From Vicinamibacterales bacterium (GTDB lineage: Bacteria; Acidobacteriota; Vicinamibacteria; Vicinamibacterales; 2-12-FULL-66-21), in assembly GCA_036401215.1 (NCBI GenBank), contig DASWVN010000164.1:9611-73610 (forward strand): DNA of 64,000 nucleotides, given 5' to 3'. Both the position numbers and the translations under genes were made by a program. The notes below the pieces were generated by a model that worked only from the letters and a program-made list of their open reading frames with translations, was not told the origin of the DNA and did no database searches. This document shows positions 1-7,063 of this stretch, one piece after another (positions within the stretch are counted from its first letter, which is position 1; each line of letters begins with the position of its first letter).

Positions 1-850
1 CGTCGAGGGGCGGCGAGACAACTCCCGTGCCCTTGCACGCCGCGCAGCTGATGTCGACCTCCGCGCTGGGTTCCGTGTAGGGAAAGAAGCTCGGACGGAA
101 GCGCACGCTGCGGTCCTGCCCGAACAGCTCCTTCACGAAGATGTCCAGCGTGCCTTTGAGGTCCGCCAGCGTGACGTTCTCGCCGACGACCAGTCCTTCG
201 ACCTGCGTGAACATCGGCGTGTGCGTGAGATCGAGGTTGTCGCGGCGATACACGCGTCCGGGTGCGATCAGGCGCACCGGCGGCTGATGCTGTTCCATGT
301 AGCGGATCTGCATGCCGGAGGTGTGCGTCCGCAGCAAGGTCGCCGGGTTGCCGGCCGAGGAGCGGACGGGGGAGGACAGGTACAGCGTGTCCTGCATGTC
401 CCGCGCGGGATGCTCGGGCGGCATGTTGAGCGCTTCGAAGTTGTGGTAGTCGTCCTCGAGCTCGGGGCCTTCGATGACGAGGAACCCCATGCGCGTGAAG
501 ATCTGCTCGATCCGTTCGCGCAGGATCGTCAGCGGATGGCGATGCCCCGCGAAGGGTCTGCGTCCGGGCAGCGTGACGTCGACGGCCCCCTTGGGCCGCT
601 TCGTCGCCGCGGCCGCCGCCAGGCGGGCGTCGAGGTCGGTCTCGATTTCCTGTTTGAGTGCGTTGGCGAGCTGCCCGAGGCGCGGGCGTTCTTCCGGCGG
701 AGCCGCGCCGAGGTTCTTGAGCAGCCCTGAGACGAGCCCGCCCTTGCGCGCGAGGTACCGGTGGCGCACGGCGCGCAACTCGGCCTCGCTCGCCGCGGAC
801 GCGAGATCGGCCTTGAACTGGGACCTGAGGGAGTCGATCGAATCAGACAT
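1..850 (-). CDS. pheS: Phenylalanine--tRNA ligase alpha subunit (N-terminal ~283 codons; the C-terminus runs off the window start)
   Basis: Absent from the ORF track because it is truncated. My reverse translation from the ATG at 850 gives MSDSIDSLRSQF...FEALNMPPEHPARDMQDT...LLRTHTS...GRVYRRD...RFRPSFFPYTEPSAEVD, which are PheS class II motifs. It lies downstream of rplT, as in the conserved cluster. Confidence 0.9.
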   Translation of the reverse strand, partial: MSDSIDSLRSQFKADLASAASEAELRAVRHRYLARKGGLVSGLLKNLGAAPPEERPRLGQLANALKQEIETDLDARLAAAAATKRPKGAVDVTLPGRRPFAGHRHPLTILRERIEQIFTRMGFLVIEGPELEDDYHNFEALNMPPEHPARDMQDTLYLSSPVRSSAGNPATLLRTHTSGMQIRYMEQHQPPVRLIAPGRVYRRDNLDLTHTPMFTQVEGLVVGENVTLADLKGTLDIFVKELFGQDRSVRFRPSFFPYTEPSAEVDISCAACKGTGVVSPPLD

Positions 851-893
851 GGAAGATGGCCAATTTACCATCTTCCATTTTCCATTTTCAGCT

Positions 894-1289
894 TCAGGCG
901 TGCGCTTCAGTGGAAGCCTTCGCGCGCGTTACGGGCGGCTTGGCCTCGGCGGCGACCTGCGCGAGCTTCGCGAATGCGGCGGGCGAGGTGACGGCGATAT
1001 CGGCGAGCTGCTTGCGGTCGAGCGTGTTGCCCGCGGCGCGGAGGCCGGCAATCAGCTGACCGTAGGTCAGGCCGTTTTCGCGGGCGGCCGCGTTGATGCG
1101 GACGACCCACAGCCGGCGGAAGTCCCGCTTCTTGCGGCGGCGGCCGACGTACGCGTACTTCAGCGCGGTATCGACCGACTCCTTCGCGGCGCGATAGAGC
1201 TTGCTCTTGGTCTGGTAAAAGCCTTTGGCGCGTGCAAGCAGCTTCTTGCGCTTCGCCCGGCGGACATTTCCTCTTTTTACTCGCGGCAT
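894..1289 (-). CDS. rplT: 50S ribosomal protein bL20
   Basis: ORF track: [25 protein letters not shown]..., a classic L20 N-terminus. An AAGGA Shine-Dalgarno lies about 7 nt upstream. Confidence 0.95.
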   Translation of the reverse strand: MPRVKRGNVRRAKRKKLLARAKGFYQTKSKLYRAAKESVDTALKYAYVGRRRKKRDFRRLWVVRINAAARENGLTYGQLIAGLRAAGNTLDRKQLADIAVTSPAAFAKLAQVAAEAKPPVTRAKASTEAHA

Positions 1290-1305
1290 CTTCGTGTCCT
1301 TACGC

Positions 1306-1500
1306 GGGTAGGGAACAGGGATCAGGGGACAGGGATCAGGGAACAGGGGACAGGGATCAGGGAACAGGGAACAGGGATGGGCTCACGTGAGACGCCCCCG
1401 CCGCTGTTCGTGCCTGCTTTCTGATCCCTACTCCCCGATCCCTACTTCCCGATCCCTGATCCCTGATCCCTACTCCCTGATCCCTGATCCCTGTTCCCTA
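1306..1500. repeat. Inverted array of GGGAWCA-type heptamers (G-rich arm 1306-1381, spacer 1382-1421, C-rich arm 1422-1500)
   Basis: Read directly. About 10 heptamer units per arm. The outer 19 nt TAGGGAACAGGGATCAGGG (1309-1327) is the exact reverse complement of 1482-1500. The spacer begins with the self-complementary CTCACGTGAG. Confidence 0.9.
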
Positions 1501-1692
1501 GTTGGGCAGCATCGTCCGCAGCTTCGCCTCGTCGGCGGCTGCCACGAGCGTCGTCCCCTTCAGCCCGCGCTTGCGGCTGCGGGTCTTGCTCGTGAGGATG
1601 TGGCGCTTGAACGCGCTGCTCCGCTTGAACTTTCCGGTGCCCGTCTTCTTGAACCGCTTGGCGGCCCCTCTATGCGTCTTCAGTTTCGGCAT
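1498..1692 (-). CDS. rpmI: 50S ribosomal protein bL35
   Basis: ORF track: [24 protein letters not shown]. An AAGGA SD lies upstream. Position between infC and rplT. Confidence 0.95.
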   Translation of the reverse strand: MPKLKTHRGAAKRFKKTGTGKFKRSSAFKRHILTSKTRSRKRGLKGTTLVAAADEAKLRTMLPN

Positions 1693-1706
1693 GACTGTCC
1701 TTCGGT

Positions 1707-1850
1707 GGTCCGGCTTCCGGCTCTGGGCTCCAGGCTTCCGGCCAGAAACAACCCTCTATTATCGCCTGAGATAGGGGGTCTTTGGCAACTGCCCGTCACG
1801 AAAGCAGAAAACCTCGGCCAAAAGCCGGAAGCCCAAAGCCTGCAGCCGGA
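1707..1850. repeat. Inverted repeat of GCCGGAAGC-type units (arms 1707-1743 and 1815-1850) with an inner hairpin
   Basis: GGTCCGGCTTCCGGCTCTGGGCTCCAGGCTTCCGGCC pairs against GGCCAAAAGCCGGAAGCCCAAAGCCTGCAGCCGGA. Inner stem CCCTCTAT/ATAGGGGG. Confidence 0.8.
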
Positions 1851-1856
1851 TATGGG

Positions 1857-2441
1857 CTACTCCGCTCCCGCCGGCCGTTCCTCGCGGGGTTTGGGCGCCG
1901 ATTTGCGGCTGGCCCGCCCCGAGAGGATCGTGTGCATCTGGTTGCCTTCCTGGCGAGGCTGCGTTTCCGCGATCGCCACGTCGCTCAGTTCCTCGATCAG
2001 CCGCTCCAGGATCCGTCGGCCGATCTCGGGATGGGCCATCTCGCGGCCGCGGAAGAAGATGGTCGCCTTGACCTTGTCCCCTTCAGCCAGGAACCGCTCG
2101 ATGTGCTTTTTCTTGAACTGGTAGTCGTGCTCGTCGACCTTGGGCCGGAACTTGATTTCCTTGACCTCGATGACCTTCTGGTGCTTCTTGGCCGTCCGGG
2201 CGCGCTTCTGCTCCTGGTACTGATACCGGCCGTAGTCCATGATCCGGCACACGGGCGGATTCGCCGTGGCTGCGATCTCGACGAGGTCGAGCCCCTTGCT
2301 GCGCGCGATGGCGAGCGCCTGCTGGGGCGGCATGATCCCGAGCTGCTGGCCGGTGTCGTCGATGACGCGCACCTCCCGCACCCTGATCCGTTCGTTGACC
2401 CTGACGCGGTCGTCGCGCCTGGGGCTGCGGTCGTAAGCGAT
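1857..2441 (-). CDS. infC: Translation initiation factor IF-3, probable non-canonical ATC (AUC) start
   Basis: The ORF track gives 1857..2381 from an internal GTG ([16 protein letters not shown]...). The frame stays open upstream and encodes [26 protein letters not shown], the usual IF-3 N-terminal segment. GGAGG (complement of 2447-2451) is followed after 5 nt by ATC (complement of 2439-2441). Confidence 0.75.
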   Translation of the reverse strand: MAYDRSPRRDDRVRVNERIRVREVRVIDDTGQQLGIMPPQQALAIARSKGLDLVEIAATANPPVCRIMDYGRYQYQEQKRARTAKKHQKVIEVKEIKFRPKVDEHDYQFKKKHIERFLAEGDKVKATIFFRGREMAHPEIGRRILERLIEELSDVAIAETQPRQEGNQMHTILSGRASRKSAPKPREERPAGAE

Positions 2442-2518
2442 AACTACCTCCTGAAAAAAGTCCGAACTCTGGACGCCGGATTCAGAACGGACGAATGACG
2501 CTCCATGGTTGTTCCACG

Positions 2519-4486
2519 CTAGGCGAACTGAACGTCTTCCTTCTTGCCGTCCTTCGTCTCCGACGTTTTGGCGGCGATCTCGCGCTGTGCTCCCTCGATG
2601 AACTCCGCCAGGCCGCGCGAACCCAGGTCGCCGGCGACCCGGCTGCGCACGGCCACTTTACCTTCGGTGGCCTCGCGATCCCCGATCACCAGCATATAGG
2701 GGATCTTCTGGAGTTGGGCCTCCCGAATCTTGAAGCCGATCTTCTCCTGCCGGTCGTCGAGCTCGGCCCGCAACCCGGCGGCCTCGAGCTGCGCCAGCAC
2801 GGTGCGCCCGTATTCGATGTGACGGTCGGCGATCGGCAGCACCGTCACCTGGACGGGCGCGAGCCACAGCGGGAACGCTCCCGCGTAATGCTCGATCAGC
2901 AGCGCGATGAACCGCTCGAAGCTGCCGAAGATCGCCCGATGAATGACGACGGGCGTGTGCTCCGCGTTGTCGGCGCCGATGTACTTCAGGCCGAAACGCT
3001 GCGGCATCTGGTAATCGAGCTGGATCGTGGCGCACTGCCACTTGCGGCCGATCGCGTCGGTGATGTCGAAGTCGATCTTCGGCCCGTAGAACGCGCCATC
3101 CCCCTCGTTGACCGAGTAGACCTGTCCGGCAGCCTCGAGCGCCTGCTTCAACGCCGCCTCGGCGTGGTCCCACGTCGAGATCTCGCCGAGGAACTCCGCC
3201 GGCCGCGTGGACAGCTTGGCTTCGTACTGTAAACCGAAGTCGCGGTACACGCGCTGCACCAGACGCAGCAGCGCCTCGACCTCCTCCGCGATCTGGTCCT
3301 CGGTCACGAAGCAATGCGCATCGTCCTGCGAGAACTGGCGGACGCGGGTGAGCCCGGTCAGCACGCCGGAGGCTTCATTCCGATGCAGCGGCGTCTGCTC
3401 GTGGAAGCGCAGCGGCAGGTCCTTGTAGCTGCGGACCTCGCTTGCGAAGACGAGCATGTGGCCCGGGCAGTTCATCGCCTTGACGCCCATCTCCTCGCCG
3501 TCGCGCCCTTCCACGAGGAACATGTTCTCGCGGTAGTGCTGCCAGTGGCCGGACGTCTCCCACAACGCCTTGTTGTAGATGAGCGGCGTCTTCAGTTCCA
3601 CGTAGCCGGCGGGGAAGAGCACTTCCCGCATGTAGTCGGCGAGCGTGTTGTAGAGCGTCGCACCCTTGGCGAGCCAGAACGTCGCGCCCGGCGCCCACGG
3701 GTGGAACGTGAACAGGCCGATGTCCTTGCCGACGCGCCGGTGATCGCGCTTCTTCGCCTCCTCGAGGCGATGCAGGTGCGCCTGGAGGTCCTTGTCGCTG
3801 AAGAACGCCGTGCCGTAGATGCGCTGCATCGGCTGGTTCTTCGCGTCACCCTTCCAGTACGCGTTCGACGTGCTGAGCAGCTTGAACGCCTTCAGCCGTC
3901 CGCTCGACGGCACGTGCGGCCCCACGCAGAAGTCGACGAAGGTCTCGCGGTCCTTGATCGTGTAGCAGGACACCGCGCGCTGGCCTTCGGTCTTCTCCTC
4001 GATCAGCTGCACCTTCAGCGGCTCGCCCCGATCCCCGAAGAAGCGGATCGCCTCGCTCCGGTCCCACATCTGTCGTTCGTAGGGGAGGTCCTGCGACGCC
4101 AGCTCCTTCATCTTCTTCTCGATCGCGTCCAGATCTTCCGGAACGAATGGACGATCGACGACGAAGTCGTAGAAGAAGCCTTCATCGGTCGCGGGCCCGA
4201 TGCCGCACTGCGCACCGGGGAAGAGGTTCGTGACCGCTGCGGCGAGCAGATGCGCCGTGCTGTGACGATAGACGTGCAGTCCCTCGGGGCTGTCCGGCGT
4301 GATGATGCGCACGCGCGCGTCCTGCGCGAGTGGATAGGTGAGATCGACGAGACGGTCGTCGACCTCCGCGGCAAGCGCCGCCTTCGCCAGACGAGGCGAG
4401 ATGGATGCCGCCAGCGCTCCCGGGGTCGTCCCGGCGGGCACGCGACGGCTGGAGCCATCGGGCAACGTGACGGTGATCTCTTGCAT
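2519..4486 (-). CDS. thrS: Threonine--tRNA ligase
   Basis: The ORF track frame is 2519..4627. I place the start at Met48 ([16 protein letters not shown], the canonical TGS-domain start), because the longer ORF would overlap the tRNA gene. Class II motifs are present throughout. Confidence 0.93.
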   Translation of the reverse strand: MQEITVTLPDGSSRRVPAGTTPGALAASISPRLAKAALAAEVDDRLVDLTYPLAQDARVRIITPDSPEGLHVYRHSTAHLLAAAVTNLFPGAQCGIGPATDEGFFYDFVVDRPFVPEDLDAIEKKMKELASQDLPYERQMWDRSEAIRFFGDRGEPLKVQLIEEKTEGQRAVSCYTIKDRETFVDFCVGPHVPSSGRLKAFKLLSTSNAYWKGDAKNQPMQRIYGTAFFSDKDLQAHLHRLEEAKKRDHRRVGKDIGLFTFHPWAPGATFWLAKGATLYNTLADYMREVLFPAGYVELKTPLIYNKALWETSGHWQHYRENMFLVEGRDGEEMGVKAMNCPGHMLVFASEVRSYKDLPLRFHEQTPLHRNEASGVLTGLTRVRQFSQDDAHCFVTEDQIAEEVEALLRLVQRVYRDFGLQYEAKLSTRPAEFLGEISTWDHAEAALKQALEAAGQVYSVNEGDGAFYGPKIDFDITDAIGRKWQCATIQLDYQMPQRFGLKYIGADNAEHTPVVIHRAIFGSFERFIALLIEHYAGAFPLWLAPVQVTVLPIADRHIEYGRTVLAQLEAAGLRAELDDRQEKIGFKIREAQLQKIPYMLVIGDREATEGKVAVRSRVAGDLGSRGLAEFIEGAQREIAAKTSETKDGKKEDVQFA

Positions 4487-4504
4487 GGGGAGGGCTGGCT
4501 CGCC

Positions 4505-4536
4505 TTGCGGATACGTTCCTATCGCGGATGCGTTCC
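4505..4536 (-). promoter_or_regulatory. Duplicated 15-mer in the thrS 5' leader (GGAACGCAUCCGCGA / GGAACGUAUCCGCAA on the transcript)
   Basis: Plus-strand 4522-4536 and 4505-4519, with a 17-nt period, 19 nt upstream of the thrS ATG. Confidence 0.35.
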
Positions 4537-4582
4537 TGTTAATGGAGTCCTTCAGATTGTCGACCGGCATCGCCGAGTCGAG

Positions 4583-4659
4583 TGGTAGGCACGGGCAGAC
4601 TCGAACTGCCGACCTCCTGCGTGTCAAGCAGGCGCTCTAACCAACTGAGCTACGCGCCT
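4583..4659 (-). tRNA. tRNA-Val (anticodon GAC), CCA encoded
   Basis: Reverse complement reads AGGCGCGTAGCTCAGTTGGTTAGAGCGCCTGCTTGACACGCAGGAGGTCGGCAGTTCGAGTCTGCCCGTGCCTACCA. It has a 7-bp acceptor stem (one G-U), a D-loop AGCTCAGTTGGTTAGAGC, an anticodon loop TTGACAC and a T-arm GGCAG-TTCGAGT-CTGCC. Confidence 0.93.
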
Positions 4660-4692
4660 ATGTTCTGAAAACACTGGCTTGCCGGAACGAAG

Positions 4693-4701
4693 ATTCTAAC
4701 A
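4693..4701 (-). promoter_or_regulatory. Possible extended -10 (TGtTAGAAT) for tRNA-Val/thrS transcription
   Basis: The reverse complement of 4693-4701 reads TGTTAGAAT, about 34 nt upstream of the tRNA 5' end. No clear -35. Confidence 0.3.
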
Positions 4702-4708
4702 CAGGCCC

Positions 4709-5926
4709 TTACTGGTGCTGCTGGACCAGGATGGTGCTCTTTGCGTGTTTGACGGCGGCATCGAGCATCGGGTCCGACTCGGGGAGCGCCGCGCCGAACT
4801 CGACGTCGGGCTCGGCGACCGGAACATCCGGTTCGAGACCCTTGCCGTGGATCAGCTCACCGCCCGGCGTGTAGTAGCGGAGGTGGGTCAGCCAGAGACC
4901 GCGGTTCTCAGGGAGCTTCACGAGCTTCTGCTCGGCGGCGCGGCCGATGGTGTGTTCACCAATGAGGTCGGCGCGCTTGTTGCCGTCGAGCGCCGCCGCG
5001 AAGACTTCGGCCGCACCGGACGATCCCGCGCTCACGAGCACCTGGGCCGGGAGCGTAATCACGCCGTCACCGGCCTTCGCCGGCATCGACTGCGGGATCG
5101 CTTCCTTCTGGCCTTCGGCCGGACGGCCGGCCGTCGCGGTCACGGTTCCGGTCTTGATGAAGAGGCGGGCCGTCTCGATCCCGTGCTCGATCGCCCCTTC
5201 GGCCGTGCGGCGCACGTCGATCAGCAGCGTCTTCGCCCCCTGCCGTTCGAGATCGGCGGCGTGCTTCTTCACATCGGCGGCCGTCGATGGAGAGAAGAGC
5301 GGGATCCTGATATACCCGACCTCCGGCTCGAGCATCTTTGCCGTGACTGGAGGAGTCGAGCGGGCCGCTCGGACCAGCGTCACTTCGTGGGGATCCGCCG
5401 CGTTGCCGCGGATGATCGTCAGCGCCACCTTCGAACCCGGCTCGCCGCGCAACAGGCGCGAGCCTTCGAACACCGACATGTCACGGGTCGAGCGGCCGTC
5501 GATCGCACGGACGTAATCGCCCGTCTGAAGCCCCGCTTCCGCCGCCGGAGATCCATCCCGCGTCGCGATGATCCGAAGGTAATACTGCCGTGTGAGCTGG
5601 ATGCCGAGATCTCCCGCGTCGGGCGCCTTGCCCGACTCGACCTCCTTGACCTGCTCGGGCGTGAGATAGGCGCTGTCCGGATCAAGCCCTTCGGCGAGCC
5701 CGCGCATCGCCCCTTCCATCACGCGGTCGACGTCGACTTCCTCGACGTAGTACGACATGACCAGGCCGATCACATCCTGGAAGACTCGCAGGTGGCGGAG
5801 CGATTCGTCGTCGGTGCCGGCTGACGCCTTGCCGAGCAGACCGCCGATCAGCACGAACGCGAGGACCGGCGTCGAGATCAACAGCACCGACAGGCGAGTC
5901 TTGAAAGTCATGATGGACGCAACCAT
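4709..5926 (-). CDS. S41 (C-terminal processing peptidase, CtpA/Prc-like) family protein with PDZ domain; the catalytic dyad appears substituted
   Basis: N-terminal membrane anchor, a PDZ-like GLQTGDYVRAIDG segment and an S41 core LVSAGSSGAAEVFAAALDGNKRADLIGEHTIGRAAEQ. An alternative start at 5911 makes an ATGA overlap with the upstream stop. Confidence 0.8.
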   Translation of the reverse strand: MVASIMTFKTRLSVLLISTPVLAFVLIGGLLGKASAGTDDESLRHLRVFQDVIGLVMSYYVEEVDVDRVMEGAMRGLAEGLDPDSAYLTPEQVKEVESGKAPDAGDLGIQLTRQYYLRIIATRDGSPAAEAGLQTGDYVRAIDGRSTRDMSVFEGSRLLRGEPGSKVALTIIRGNAADPHEVTLVRAARSTPPVTAKMLEPEVGYIRIPLFSPSTAADVKKHAADLERQGAKTLLIDVRRTAEGAIEHGIETARLFIKTGTVTATAGRPAEGQKEAIPQSMPAKAGDGVITLPAQVLVSAGSSGAAEVFAAALDGNKRADLIGEHTIGRAAEQKLVKLPENRGLWLTHLRYYTPGGELIHGKGLEPDVPVAEPDVEFGAALPESDPMLDAAVKHAKSTILVQQHQ

Positions 5927-7050
5927 TGTAAGGGATCGACCGGCTGCCCGTCGATCCGTAACTCGAAGTATACAGAGGGGTTGCCGGCTGTGTTCCGGCC
6001 CGACGTCCCGACGTTCGTCCCAGCCGCGACCCGGTCCCCTCTACTGACGCTGATGGTGGCGAGGTGGCCGTAAAGCGACACCGCGCCGCCGCCATGGTCC
6101 ACGATGACGAGCTGGCCGTAGGCGCTGAACGGACCGGCGTGGGTGACGACCCCCTCGTGAACAGCCGCGACCGGACGCCCTTCGGCGAGCGAAATTTCGA
6201 TCCCGTTGCGTGAAAAGTCGATGCCGGGCATCCGGCTCGACACTTCGCGTCCAAAGCGGCTGACGACGAACCCGTCGGCAGGCCAGGGAAGCGCCCCTTT
6301 GAACGGGCGCATCGGCAGGTAGACCGTCGACAGATCCTGGTTCTGCGCAATCGCGGACTGAAGCCGCAGATAGGCGGCGTCCAGCTCAGCCGCCAGCTCA
6401 GCAGCCAGATCGCGGCGGGTTTCGATCGACTTCACCAGTTCGGCGCGCGAGGCGACCGCGCGATCCAGCGCGCCGCGCGCCGCCGCCGCTTCCGTGCGAA
6501 GCGCGTCAGCCTGCCGCTTCCGGTCTTCGAGCGTGACCTTCTCCTGCTCGAGCGCCGCGATCGTGCGCGCATGGTTCTCGATGCGGGTCCGATCGAGGTG
6601 GTCGAGGACGGACGCGGTCCGGAGGGCGCGGCCGATCGATTGGAGGTCGTCGGCGTCGAGCAGGAGGCGCCAGTATCCCGCGCGCCCCATCTTGTACACG
6701 CGCACCAGGCGTTCGGCGACGTCGGGTTCCTGCTGGTCGGCGCGCGCGCGAAGTTCTTCCGCACGTGCCGTCGCGTCCGCGATCTGTTTCTGGATCTGCT
6801 CGAGTTCCGCGTCGATCCCGGCCAGTTCCTCGGTTTTGATCTGCCGCTCCAGTTCGAGCGTGCGCAGGTCGTTGAGGATCGACTTCTCCTGAGTCGAGAG
6901 CGAGGCCGCTTCCTTGCGCAACGCGGCCAGGCGATCGGCGATCCGGCGTGTGGCGTCGGCCGGACGTTCCTGGGCCGCAGGCGCGCCGCCCGTGGCGGCG
7001 GCGATCAGGGCAAGGACGATGAGCGTGGCGAGTCGGGGCGCAGGGCTCAC
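5908..7050 (-). CDS. EnvC-like murein hydrolase activator (coiled coil plus degenerate LytM/M23 domain)
   Basis: Signal peptide, a long coiled coil (LELERQIKTEELAGIDAELEQIQKQI...) and a C-terminal LytM domain IVDHGGGAVSLYGHL...PSVYFELRIDGQPVDP. The HxH motif is replaced by VYF, and the first His of HxxxD is replaced (RMPGID). Confidence 0.8.
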   Translation of the reverse strand: MSPAPRLATLIVLALIAAATGGAPAAQERPADATRRIADRLAALRKEAASLSTQEKSILNDLRTLELERQIKTEELAGIDAELEQIQKQIADATARAEELRARADQQEPDVAERLVRVYKMGRAGYWRLLLDADDLQSIGRALRTASVLDHLDRTRIENHARTIAALEQEKVTLEDRKRQADALRTEAAAARGALDRAVASRAELVKSIETRRDLAAELAAELDAAYLRLQSAIAQNQDLSTVYLPMRPFKGALPWPADGFVVSRFGREVSSRMPGIDFSRNGIEISLAEGRPVAAVHEGVVTHAGPFSAYGQLVIVDHGGGAVSLYGHLATISVSRGDRVAAGTNVGTSGRNTAGNPSVYFELRIDGQPVDPLQWLRPS

Positions 7051-7063
7051 GTTGATTGCGGCT

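Noticed and set aside
474-1424. A 316-aa plus-strand ORF containing ...[19 protein letters not shown]...
   Set aside because: It runs antisense through pheS and rplT, and its repeat peptide is just the GGGAWCA heptamer array read in frame.
4487-4627. The longer thrS ORF starting at 4627 (702 aa), and the idea of a T-box leader.
   Set aside because: The extension would overlap the tRNA-Val gene, and its N-terminal 47 residues look non-protein-like. The 96-nt leader is far too short for a T-box riboswitch.
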